A DNA stretch of 64,000 nt, from positions 83,999 through 147,998 of the forward strand of contig JAEUKA010000053.1 of assembly GCA_016794465.1 (NCBI GenBank), in the 5' to 3' direction. The stretch is from Myxococcales bacterium. GTDB lineage: Bacteria > Myxococcota_A > Polyangia > Palsa-1104 > JAEUJZ01. The translations under genes and the position numbers were made by a program. The notes under the pieces are model-generated. The model was not told where the DNA came from and searched no databases. It saw only the letters and a list, made by a program, of their open reading frames with translations. Below are positions 42,681 to 51,358 of the stretch, piece after piece; positions within the stretch are counted from its first letter, which is position 1; each line of letters opens with the position of its first letter.

Positions 42681-44929
42681 TACTTCACCTTGAGCTTGGT
42701 GCCCTTCTTTTTGACCTTGAGCGACTTTTCGTGAAGCTCGTCGGAAGAAGGGTTGAGGAAGCCGAGCGTGTACTTGCCGGGCTTGAGCATCAGCTCGTCG
42801 GTGGGGCAGCTTAAGCCGCTGTCGTTGCCGTTGACCAGGATGCGCAGCTCGCCGTCGCGCTTGCACTTGACCTTGACCTGCGCGCTGCCGGCGACATCGT
42901 CGGGGAGGCCGGCTTTGACTAGCTTGGCGCTGATGTGCTGACCGCCGCTTGCTTCTTGGCGGAACAGCTTCCACGAGTCAGCGACGAGCAGCAGCTTGTG
43001 AGAACCGGGCTTGACCTTGAGCTTGAGCGGCGCTTTGCCCTTGGCTTCTCCGTCGAGAAATACGGTGGCGGCGGGCGTGCTGTCCACTTGCAGCTCGTCG
43101 CTTGGCGTCTTGGCGATGGCTGGCTCGATGCTTGCCGCTGATCCGTCGGGTTTGTCGCCACCATCGGCCACAGACTTGCCACCATCGGGGCTGCGACCAA
43201 TCAGGGCAAACATCACGACCCCCGCGAGGAGAGCTGCGCCAACCCCGATGCCGATAAAAGCGGGAGTGCCGAGCCGCTTGGGCTCCGTCGGTGGAGGGGA
43301 TGGTTCTACCGGCGCAGCGGACTGACTGACGGCGGCGGACGAGGGCGCCATGACCACGTCATCGTCCTTGGCGATCGCGGGCAGATCTGGCTTCGAGTAG
43401 TTCCCCGTCGAGTCGAGCGCGGGATTTTCTTCTTCCTCCAGCACTCCAGCGTCGAGCGTCGAGGGATCAGCTTGCTGGGCCTGCTGGGCTTCCTCGGCCT
43501 GCCGGCGCGCTTCTTCCGCGAGCCTAAACTGATCGGTCGGCTCATCACCGACGGCACCCGAGGGCCGCGCGGTCCGTCGCGGAGTGGCTCGAGGCAGCGG
43601 CTTCATCGCCGGATTGGTATCGGTCACCGAGATCGTATCCGTCTCGGGCGGCGGCGCTGTCGACGGACGCTTCTTGGCGGTGGCGATGATCCGGCTGGAG
43701 ATGTCATCCGCACTATTGACAGCGGCAGCCTCAGCGGCATCGACATCTGCCGTCGGAGTGACGGCTGACGCTGCCGAGCCAGCCATCCCGGCTCCAAAGG
43801 CTGCGCGCGGATTGATCGACACCGGACTGGCCGTTGGCTTGGCTGGAGACTCCGTCGCTGCTTTGGCCACCGCATCGGGCGCATCAGGCTGCTTCGCGGC
43901 GGCGGCGGGCGTTGGCACAGCGGGCTTGGCGGCTGCTTTGGCTCCGCTGGTTCCCGGCTTGGCAGCAGCTTCACCCGGCTTACCGACGGCAATGCGCATG
44001 CTCGGCGGCGGCGGCAGCGGCTCGGCACTCGAGCGATCGCTGGTGGTCACGGGCTGCGGCACGGTGTCGCCGGCCAGCTCGAACAGCTGTCCAAAGCGCT
44101 GTAGCTGCGTCTGGGCGTGATCGACCACTCGGATCGCGTCCAGCTGCGCTTTGAGTTCCAGGATGTTCGACTGTCGCTGGCCCGCCGTTTTTTGGGTCGC
44201 CTTTTGACAGAGCGCTTGCAGCGTCGACAGCGCCGCTCTTGACTCTGCGGTCAGCTTGTCGATGGGGGCAAGGCGCAACAGCTCGGCGAGCAGGCTGCCC
44301 AGACCGAACACCTCACTGCGCGGGCCTGGGACGCCACTGTCGACCAGCTCGGGGGCCAGATAGCTCGCCAGCGGCTTCAGCGCTCCGTCGAGCTTCCACT
44401 GTCCTTGCGGCAGCACCGACCACAGCCCAAGCTCGGCCAGGTGTGCTTCCCCGCTCTGATCGATCCAGACGCACGACGGACCGAGCAGTCCGTGCATCAC
44501 CCCGCGCTCTTGGGCCGCCGCCAGCGCTCGCGCCAGCTGCTGGCCAATCAGCGCCACCAGCTGTGGCAACAGCGCCTTGGCCTCGTCGCCGAGTAGATCG
44601 AGCCCAGCCTTCAGCTTCCCCAGATCGGCAAAGCCGACAAACTCGTAGGCGACGAACGTATCGCTGCCTTGGCTGCCAAACTCTTCGAGCCGCAGCAGGT
44701 TTTGCTGCTGGATCTCTGCCACGCTGCGCAGCGCCGCCTGAAGCCGTAGGTTCGCCGTCGGATCTTGCGCCAGCACCGCCGCGCCGATTCGATAGACCAG
44801 ATACGGTCGGTCCAGACCGGCCAGCCCGAAGCGCTTGGCTCGCCACACCTCGCCGGCGGGGCCTTGGCCAAGTCGCTCGACGCAGGTATAGCGCCCGAGC
44901 GTGAAGGTACGCGATAGCACGGGACTCAT
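42677..44929 (-). CDS. pseudokinase domain + TM + PEGA domain protein
   Basis: The N-terminal kinase-like fold has 'HGLLGPSCVW' in place of HRDLKPxN and 'AELGL' in place of DFG. There is a long P/A-rich linker. The C-terminus has '...LKVKCKRDGELRILVNGNDSGLSCPTDELMLKPGKYTLGF' PEGA. Confidence 0.55.
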   Translation of the reverse strand: MSPVLSRTFTLGRYTCVERLGQGPAGEVWRAKRFGLAGLDRPYLVYRIGAAVLAQDPTANLRLQAALRSVAEIQQQNLLRLEEFGSQGSDTFVAYEFVGFADLGKLKAGLDLLGDEAKALLPQLVALIGQQLARALAAAQERGVMHGLLGPSCVWIDQSGEAHLAELGLWSVLPQGQWKLDGALKPLASYLAPELVDSGVPGPRSEVFGLGSLLAELLRLAPIDKLTAESRAALSTLQALCQKATQKTAGQRQSNILELKAQLDAIRVVDHAQTQLQRFGQLFELAGDTVPQPVTTSDRSSAEPLPPPPSMRIAVGKPGEAAAKPGTSGAKAAAKPAVPTPAAAAKQPDAPDAVAKAATESPAKPTASPVSINPRAAFGAGMAGSAASAVTPTADVDAAEAAAVNSADDISSRIIATAKKRPSTAPPPETDTISVTDTNPAMKPLPRATPRRTARPSGAVGDEPTDQFRLAEEARRQAEEAQQAQQADPSTLDAGVLEEEENPALDSTGNYSKPDLPAIAKDDDVVMAPSSAAVSQSAAPVEPSPPPTEPKRLGTPAFIGIGVGAALLAGVVMFALIGRSPDGGKSVADGGDKPDGSAASIEPAIAKTPSDELQVDSTPAATVFLDGEAKGKAPLKLKVKPGSHKLLLVADSWKLFRQEASGGQHISAKLVKAGLPDDVAGSAQVKVKCKRDGELRILVNGNDSGLSCPTDELMLKPGKYTLGFLNPSSDELHEKSLKVKKKGTKLKVKY

Positions 44930-45015
44930 GTTATCACGTCTTCACGTGAAAAAATTGTTTGTTAGCTTAATGTTTCTCGGAGCTTAGACGAGATCGGAAG
45001 GGCGGGTCTACGGGC

Positions 45016-46080
45016 CTACATGGAGGCAGCGGCCGCTGGGGCCTTCTTGCGGCGCAGACGCATCTGTGGCAGCCGAATGCGCGGTGGCTTGGGCTGCTTG
45101 GGCTGCTGCACCTTGCCTCGCACTGGCGGCAAGAACGGAATGATCGGCAGGTCCACCGGCTGCGGCTCGGCGAGATCGTCAATGCCGGCCTGCGCCAAAA
45201 ACGCCGTCTGCGACGCCGCCGAGAAGTCGCCATTCACAAAGTAGTCGTGCGCCAGGGTGCTGATCTTGCCGAGTCGCCGCTCCGCCGCCGAGAAGAAGTC
45301 GCGGGTATCGAACTCCGAGTTGACGAAGTAGCGCTCGCGGATCGCATCGGTGCGGGTGCGGACACTGTTCTTGGCCACCCACGGCGTTGACAGCAGCAGG
45401 CCAAACTGGCGGAAGTTGCGAACCCACTTGCTAAACTGCACCACCGACGGAGCCGAGCCGTACGCCTCGCGGAACGCACTCGTCATCAGGTCGAGAATCG
45501 GCTGCTCGATCTTGAGCGACAGCGACGTGCCACGCTTGGTGATCCGGCAGCGCTCGGCAAACGCCGGCAGACCAATCTGATCGTCGCCGAGCCGCCACAG
45601 GTGAAGAAACAGCGCCTGGTATTTTTCGGTCAGGCGGTGGTGGGTGCTCTCGTGGCCGCCGTGACGCAGGACATCGCGTCGGGCGCAGTAGTTGACCAGC
45701 GGGTGCATCGCCAGATCGATCGCACAGTGCGACAGCAGGCCTCCGACGAGAGCGAGGCGCTCTTGATCGGTCAGCCCCGGCACGGTGCGGGCGGCGCGGA
45801 TGTACGAAGCCACCAGGCGATCGGGATGGACCGAGTGCAGCCGGTAGCCCCACGGCTCATCGAGAGCGGGCGCGCCCAGACCGTAGCGCACCGCCTCGAA
45901 GACCATCGGCGCGTAGTAATAGGGAAGATCGTGAAAAATCGAGCCCAGGCGGGCGTAGACCGGCTCTGCTGCACAGGCCCGACGCATCGCGACTGGGACG
46001 AGCGGGTTGTGCTGAACGAGATCGCCGAACGTGAGGTGAAGCTGCGGCGCAGGCATGCGGACGATTCTATCAGCACGCAT
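45016..46080 (-). CDS. hypothetical protein (His-rich, possible metal-dependent phospholipase C/HD-like fold)
   Basis: 354 aa with several conserved-looking His/Asp clusters ('IFHDLPYYY', 'SHCAIDLAMHP'). No firm family call. Confidence 0.3.
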   Translation of the reverse strand: MRADRIVRMPAPQLHLTFGDLVQHNPLVPVAMRRACAAEPVYARLGSIFHDLPYYYAPMVFEAVRYGLGAPALDEPWGYRLHSVHPDRLVASYIRAARTVPGLTDQERLALVGGLLSHCAIDLAMHPLVNYCARRDVLRHGGHESTHHRLTEKYQALFLHLWRLGDDQIGLPAFAERCRITKRGTSLSLKIEQPILDLMTSAFREAYGSAPSVVQFSKWVRNFRQFGLLLSTPWVAKNSVRTRTDAIRERYFVNSEFDTRDFFSAAERRLGKISTLAHDYFVNGDFSAASQTAFLAQAGIDDLAEPQPVDLPIIPFLPPVRGKVQQPKQPKPPRIRLPQMRLRRKKAPAAAASM

Positions 46081-46181
46081 CTACTTCGGCGTGGTGATCT
46101 CCGTCGCAAGTGCCAAAAGCACCTGACGATGACCCGACCAGTTGGCCAGCGCTGCGGGCGAAAGTGTCTCCACACGCACTG

Positions 46182-48455
46182 CTAGGCGGCGGGACGCTCT
46201 TTGCTGGCGGCAAGCTCGCGATAACTGACGACCCGGTTGCGACCGCGATGCTTGGCGGCATAGAGCGCAGCGTCGGCGTGGGCGATCAGCTCGATGGTGG
46301 TGCGGCCGTCACCGGGGAACGTCGCCAGACCCAGCGACAGCGTGCACGAGAACGCGCCTTTTTCACTTGACAGCTGCAACTTTTCTGCTTCGTGACGGAT
46401 GCGCTCGGCCAGAAGCTGCGCGCCTTCCTCTTCGGTGGCCTCGAGCAAAATCGCGAACTCTTCCCCGCCGTAACGGGCCGCCACATCGACCTTGCGCACC
46501 GTCTCCGCAAGCAGCCGCGCGATCTGCCGCAAGACCTCATCCCCGACGAGATGTCCGCGCGTGTCGTTGATCTTCTTAAAGTGGTCGATGTCGCACATGA
46601 TGAGCGACAGGGTGCGTCCTTGTCGGTGGGCGCGCTCGCGCATCTCGTCGATGCGCTGCTGGAACGTCCGCCGATTGAAGAGGCCGGTCAGTCCATCGGT
46701 GGTCGCCAGCGACTCGACGGCTTGATACATGCGGGCGTTGTCGAGAGAGACGGCAATCTGGTTGGCCAACACTTTGAGCTGCGCCTGCCGCTCCGGCATC
46801 GACTTTTCACTGCGTCCAGCGACGATCAGCGTGCCGCGCGGTCGCTTGTGAAGCAGAAGCGGCACCACCATCAGCCACTGATAGCCCCGCAGGCGCGTCG
46901 TGTCGTCGAAGACCTGGGTGTCTTCGCCGTGATCGCGCAGGATGCCGAACGCCGGAAGGATGATCTGCCTCCGAATCACCGACGAGCACAGCCCTTCGTT
47001 GTCGGGAAAGCGCAGCGCCTTGACTTGCAGGCACAGGGCCGGGTCGCCGCTCGCCGACAGGACGCTGTGCTGGCCGAGCTTGTCGTCGTACTCGGTCAGC
47101 GCCGCAAAGTCGAACGGACACAGCCGCAACGTGGCCTGGAGCGCCGACTGCACCACTTCCTCGGGACGCAGCGCGGCGGACAGCAGGCCCGAGGCAACGG
47201 CGAGGCTAAGACTGGCATCCCGAACTCGCTCGACCGAGCGGAAGACCCGCTCCGACTGCACGCTGCGCAGGATCACCGGCACTGCCGCTCGCAGCGCTTC
47301 TTCGTCGCGAGACGAGAACGGCGTCGGCTGATCACTGGCGCTCTCAAAGCGGTCGACACACAGGACCCCACAGAGCGCACCTTCCTCGAACAGCGGCAGC
47401 AGCATCGTCGCGGTGCAGCGGAGGTGCGCGGTGTCCCCCAGCGAGTCGGGCCGCTCGTAATACGACAGCTGCGAGGGCTTCGGCGCCGTCACGGACAGCG
47501 GGGCGCGGGTCTTGCGCACCGAGCCGAGCAGCCCCGCGCTTGCCGGCACCGAGCGGCGCAGCTGCAGCGGGCTGTCCGTCGATGCAGCGACCACTTCGAG
47601 CTTGGTGCCATCCTCGCTCTGCCACAGCACCGCACACGTCGACAGGCCCATCGCCCGACGCAGCAGCCCGACCAGCGCGTCGAGATTCTGCCGCACCATC
47701 ACCACCGCACTGTGCAGCTGCCGATTCTCGGGCTCGCTGTGATCGATAGAAGTGACGGTCTTGACGCTGCCGTGATCGGTCCAGTCGGTCGCTTGGGCGA
47801 GCAGCGCGTCCTCGGTCAGGTTCAAGCGAAACAGCTCGGCCTGCCGCTCGATATCGAGGATCGCGGCTCTCATCCGCTGCTTGTGCGCCAGCTGTTGTCG
47901 CAGCAGCTCGCCTCGGAACACCGCCTCGCGCAGGCCCATGAACAGCCCCAGGATGAGCAGCGAGCCGAGGATCTCGCGCAGCTGATGTTGCCCCGTCGCA
48001 TAGCGAAACAGACCCTCGCAGCACAGCGACAGCACGACCAGTCCGAAAAGGTGCAGGCCGCGATGAAAGCCGAGCACCACCGCGACCAGCGCATAGCGAA
48101 CCACCGCCGCCTCTCCCCACAGCCCGCCCAGTCCCTGGGCCAGCGCAAAGCCGAGTGTCAGCTGCGCCGCTCCCGTCGCCAAGTGCCTCTCGGGCGCGAC
48201 CTCGTCGGGCTGTTCCGAGCGACCCGGCCACATCCGCACGAGCAGCAGCCCCAAAAGCAGCAGCGACGCCAGGATCGTCCCCAGCCCAGCGGTTCCCGCG
48301 CCCAGCTCGCGAAACTTTCCGTCCGCCAGCAGCAGCAGCACCGTCCCAAGCAGACCCCACAGCGCCCACCACTGCAGGCGGCGCACGATCGGACGGTGCA
48401 GCAGCTCGGTCCAGGTCTTCAGCAGCGAGGGCAGTTCGAGAGGACGCGACGGCAC
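46182..48455 (-). CDS. membrane-anchored GAF-GGDEF diguanylate cyclase
   Basis: '...GLTGLFNRRTFQ...IMCDIDHFKKINDTRGHLVGDEVL...RYGGEEFAILL' GGDEF motif. N-terminal multi-TM region with GAF-like segments. Confidence 0.8.
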   Translation of the reverse strand: MPSRPLELPSLLKTWTELLHRPIVRRLQWWALWGLLGTVLLLLADGKFRELGAGTAGLGTILASLLLLGLLLVRMWPGRSEQPDEVAPERHLATGAAQLTLGFALAQGLGGLWGEAAVVRYALVAVVLGFHRGLHLFGLVVLSLCCEGLFRYATGQHQLREILGSLLILGLFMGLREAVFRGELLRQQLAHKQRMRAAILDIERQAELFRLNLTEDALLAQATDWTDHGSVKTVTSIDHSEPENRQLHSAVVMVRQNLDALVGLLRRAMGLSTCAVLWQSEDGTKLEVVAASTDSPLQLRRSVPASAGLLGSVRKTRAPLSVTAPKPSQLSYYERPDSLGDTAHLRCTATMLLPLFEEGALCGVLCVDRFESASDQPTPFSSRDEEALRAAVPVILRSVQSERVFRSVERVRDASLSLAVASGLLSAALRPEEVVQSALQATLRLCPFDFAALTEYDDKLGQHSVLSASGDPALCLQVKALRFPDNEGLCSSVIRRQIILPAFGILRDHGEDTQVFDDTTRLRGYQWLMVVPLLLHKRPRGTLIVAGRSEKSMPERQAQLKVLANQIAVSLDNARMYQAVESLATTDGLTGLFNRRTFQQRIDEMRERAHRQGRTLSLIMCDIDHFKKINDTRGHLVGDEVLRQIARLLAETVRKVDVAARYGGEEFAILLEATEEEGAQLLAERIRHEAEKLQLSSEKGAFSCTLSLGLATFPGDGRTTIELIAHADAALYAAKHRGRNRVVSYRELAASKERPAA

Positions 48456-48458
48456 GAG

Positions 48459-48794
48459 TTACTCCACCTTGAACAGCAGCTCATCGCTGTGGATAAGGCC
48501 CAGCTCATCGCGGGCGACTCGCTCGATCTCGGTGTCGTCTTCCTGCACCCGCAACAGCTGGAGCCGCAGCTCGCTGTTTTCGCGTCGCACCTTGTCATTG
48601 CGCTCGACGAGCTGCCGCAGCTCGCGACGCAGCTGGATGTGCTGCTGTAGCCCGGTGCGCACGTACAGTCGATACGGGACGTAGCCGACAAAGGCCGCCA
48701 GCGACAGCGCCGCGCAGGTGCGCAGGGTCCAGACGGTAATCAGCCACGACGGACGAGAGCGCCGCACCGAGGCTGCGACATGGGAAGCGTACAT
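48459..48794 (-). CDS. FtsB/DivIC-family septum formation initiator
   Basis: Start at the internal Met (48794). A single TM is followed by a coiled coil '...LRRELRQLVERNDKVRRENSELRLQLLRV' and a C-terminal 'ARDELGLIHSDELLFKV'. The longer upstream extension is Cys/Pro-rich and looks non-genic. Confidence 0.5.
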   Translation of the reverse strand: MYASHVAASVRRSRPSWLITVWTLRTCAALSLAAFVGYVPYRLYVRTGLQQHIQLRRELRQLVERNDKVRRENSELRLQLLRVQEDDTEIERVARDELGLIHSDELLFKVE

Positions 48795-48864
48795 TGCCCC
48801 GATCCTTGCGTCAGACGGCCCCGATCTCAAATTTTTCGACGAGGCCAGCAAGCACTGCGGGGGG

Positions 48865-50493
48865 CTAGCGCAGCGGGACGTGCTCGCGGGCTGCGGCGAG
48901 GAGGCTGCCGTTTTCGCACAGGGAGCGCACCGCCTCGATCTCTTGGTAGAGGGGGCGGTCGCAGACCAGCTCGGGCACTCTCGACCGGACGACCCGATGG
49001 ACTGCGGACAGTGCGGCGGCTGGCATGAGGGGCGCTCGCAGCGAGATGCCTTGGGTCGCGCAGCACAGCTCAATCGCCAGCACGGTACGGACGTTGTCAA
49101 CGATGCGGGTCAGCTTGTCGGCGGCATGAACGCCCATCGAGACGTGATCTTCGCGCCCTGCCGACGAAGGAATCGAGTCCACCGACGCCGGATGCGCGAG
49201 GATCTTGTTCTCTGACACCAAGGCCGCCGCCGTCACCTGCGCAATCATGTAGCCGGAGTGAAGGCCGCTGTGGCGGACCAAAAACGCCGGCAGTCCCGAC
49301 GACAAGTGCGGGTTGACAAGCTGCTCGATGCGGCGCTCTGCGATGTTGGCCAGCTCGGCGGTGGCAATGGCCGCAAAGTCGAGCGCCTGCGCCACCGGCT
49401 GTCCGTGGAAGTTGCCGCCACTGACGATGTCAAAGCGCAGTCCGCCGCCGCCATCGCCGCCGCCATCGCCTGGGGCCGGCTCGTCCTCGACGAAGATCAG
49501 CGGATTGTCGGTCGCACTGCGCGACTCTTGCAGCAGCACATTCTGGGCGTAGCCGAGTCCATCGCGGGTGGCACCATGAACCTGCGGCATACAGCGCAGC
49601 GAGTACGGATCTTGGACCTTGCCGCAGCCACGGTGCGAATCGACGATCGGACTGTCCGCCAGGAGCGCGCGCAGGTTCTGCGCCGACACCGCCTGACCCG
49701 GCTGCGGTCGGGCGGCATGAATCCGGGGGTCAAACGCACGCGGCGTCCCGAGCAGGGCTTCCAGCGACATCGCCCCAATGACATCGGCGAGCGTACACAG
49801 ATCCAGCGCATCGGCGACGGCCAGCATTCCCATCGCGGTCATACACTGGGTGCCGTTGATCAGCGCCAGGCCTTCCTTCGCCGCCAGCACGATCGGCTGA
49901 AGCCCCGCCTCATCGTGAGCCTGCGCCGAGGTCTTGAGCTGCACCCGACCGGGCAGACCGACCTGCACCTCGCCTTCGCCGATCAGCCCGAGCGTCAGAT
50001 GCGCCAGCGGGGCCAGATCTCCCGACGCACCGACCGAGCCACGACTCGGCACGCAGGGCGAGATGCGCTGATTGAGCAGCTGACACAGGCGCTCTGCGAC
50101 GAAGAGCCGGACTCCACTGTGACCGAGCGAGAGCGTACAAGCGCGCAGCAGCAGCATCCCGCGCACCACCGGAATCGGCAGCAGTGGCCCCACCCCGGCG
50201 GCGTGCGAGCGAACCAAGTTGTACTGCAGCTCGACGATCTGCGTGGCCGAGATCCGGACATCGGCCAGAAAGCCAAAGCCGGTGTTGATGCCATAGACAC
50301 TGGCCGCGCTGTCTCCGCCTGCGATCAGCTGATCCACCACCGCCCGCGAGCGCTCGATCCGCTGCTTGGCAGCGTCGGAGAGCACGACCTCGCGACCTTC
50401 GTGACAGATCTGGCGCATCGCAGGGAAGTCCAGCTCATCGTGACCAATGCGGAACGGCGTGACGAGTGATCGGCTTGGCTTCGAGATCGACAT
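48865..50493 (-). CDS. histidine/aromatic amino acid ammonia-lyase (MIO enzyme)
   Basis: 'GSVGASGDLAPLAH' Ala-Ser-Gly MIO motif. 'VYGINTGFG' N-terminus. Start at 'MSISKPS' (50493). The listed 737-aa ORF runs upstream through the 21-bp tandem repeat and I treat that extension as an artefact. Confidence 0.8.
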   Translation of the reverse strand: MSISKPSRSLVTPFRIGHDELDFPAMRQICHEGREVVLSDAAKQRIERSRAVVDQLIAGGDSAASVYGINTGFGFLADVRISATQIVELQYNLVRSHAAGVGPLLPIPVVRGMLLLRACTLSLGHSGVRLFVAERLCQLLNQRISPCVPSRGSVGASGDLAPLAHLTLGLIGEGEVQVGLPGRVQLKTSAQAHDEAGLQPIVLAAKEGLALINGTQCMTAMGMLAVADALDLCTLADVIGAMSLEALLGTPRAFDPRIHAARPQPGQAVSAQNLRALLADSPIVDSHRGCGKVQDPYSLRCMPQVHGATRDGLGYAQNVLLQESRSATDNPLIFVEDEPAPGDGGGDGGGGLRFDIVSGGNFHGQPVAQALDFAAIATAELANIAERRIEQLVNPHLSSGLPAFLVRHSGLHSGYMIAQVTAAALVSENKILAHPASVDSIPSSAGREDHVSMGVHAADKLTRIVDNVRTVLAIELCCATQGISLRAPLMPAAALSAVHRVVRSRVPELVCDRPLYQEIEAVRSLCENGSLLAAAREHVPLR

Positions 50494-50589
50494 AGCGGCG
50501 TTCGTAGCACAGGGTCGGGGGATGTGTATTTTTCGCGGCTTTCTCTGGCGTCGCCGCCGCTGAAGGTGCGGTTTGTGCACTGTGGGCTC

Positions 50590-50725
50590 TTGCAAAGGAA
50601 AAAACCTGGCGGTTTTCTCCTTTGGAACCTCTTTCCCTTTGCGGACCTGAGAGGTCAACCCCCCCATCCCCCCTTGGAAGGGGGCAGCCCCTAACCCCAG
50701 CCCTTTCCCCGCTGGGGGAAAGGGA
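50590..50725. other. cluster of GC-rich hairpins in the ammonia-lyase upstream region
   Basis: Three paired elements. 'caaaggaaaaaacc'/'ggttttctcctttg' (50593-50624). 'ccccctt gg aaggggg' (50669-50684). 'ccctttcccc gctg ggggaaaggg' (50701-50724), a perfect 10-bp stem. Confidence 0.35.
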
Positions 50726-50818
50726 GCACGAGCCTCGGTGGAGGCTTTGGATGTAAACAGAGCTTTCGCTGACTTTGGGTTGTCTGGGCTCGCTTCGCTT
50801 TGCTTCCTGTTGCGGACA

Positions 50819-51222
50819 CTGGGCAAGACAAAACAAACCCCGGGCAAGACGAACCAGACACCGGGCAAGACAAAACGGACCCCGGGCAAGACGAAACGGA
50901 CCCCGGGCAAGACGAAACGAACCCCGGGCAAGACAAAACAAACCCCGGGCAAGACAAAACGGACCCCGGGCAGGACAAAACGGACACCGGGCAAGACGAA
51001 ACAAACACCGGGCAAGACAAAACGAACCCCGGGCAAGACGAAATGGACACCGGGCAAGACAAAACGAACCCCGGGCAAGACAAATCAAACACCGGGCAAG
51101 ACGAAACGAACACCGGGCAAGACAAAACGGACACCGGGCAAGACAAAACGGACACCGGGCAAGACGAACCGAACCCCGGGCAAGACGAAACAAACACCGG
51201 GCAAGACAAAACGGACCCCGGG
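50819..51222. repeat. tandem repeat, 19 copies of a 21-bp unit (consensus ccgggcaagacRaaacRRacM)
   Basis: Head-to-tail units, every one exactly 21 bp. Substitutions fall at fixed positions. A-rich, atypical for the genome. Open in all six frames. Confidence 0.9.
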
Positions 51223-51358
51223 CTGTATTTTTTTGGGTTCTTGCTTGCGTGGCTGCTGGCGACTGTGGAATCGATGAAGAGACAGCTATCCGCAGAAATG
51301 GCCGGTAACGCCGCTTGGATCTTCTTCGTGGGACCGAGACGGCAAGGAGGCAGTGCAG

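Noticed and set aside
46392-48650. 752-aa plus-strand ORF antisense to the GGDEF and FtsB genes
   Set aside because: GC artefact. The GGDEF motif is clear on the minus strand.
48795-49100. Longer version of the FtsB-like ORF (213 aa from 49100)
   Set aside because: The upstream 100 residues are Cys/Pro/Ser-rich and overlap the ammonia-lyase 3' end on the same strand but in a different frame. The internal Met gives a canonical ~110-aa FtsB.
50494-51078. 195-codon upstream extension of the ammonia-lyase ORF (PGVRFVL heptad repeats)
   Set aside because: It is produced by reading through the 21-bp tandem repeat, which is open in all frames. The HAL N-terminus 'MSISKPSRSLVTPF' begins at 50493.
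50819-51222. Possible CRISPR array
   Set aside because: The repeats are contiguous with no unique spacers, and there are no cas genes in the window.
50738-51277. Plus-strand ORF encoding a signal-like N-terminus plus (TPGKTKR)n, and overlapping ORFs 50775..51308 and 50800..51609
   Set aside because: All three are translations of the same minisatellite. Codon usage (aaa/aca/caa) is atypical for this genome. I kept it as a low-probability alternative under the VNTR finding.
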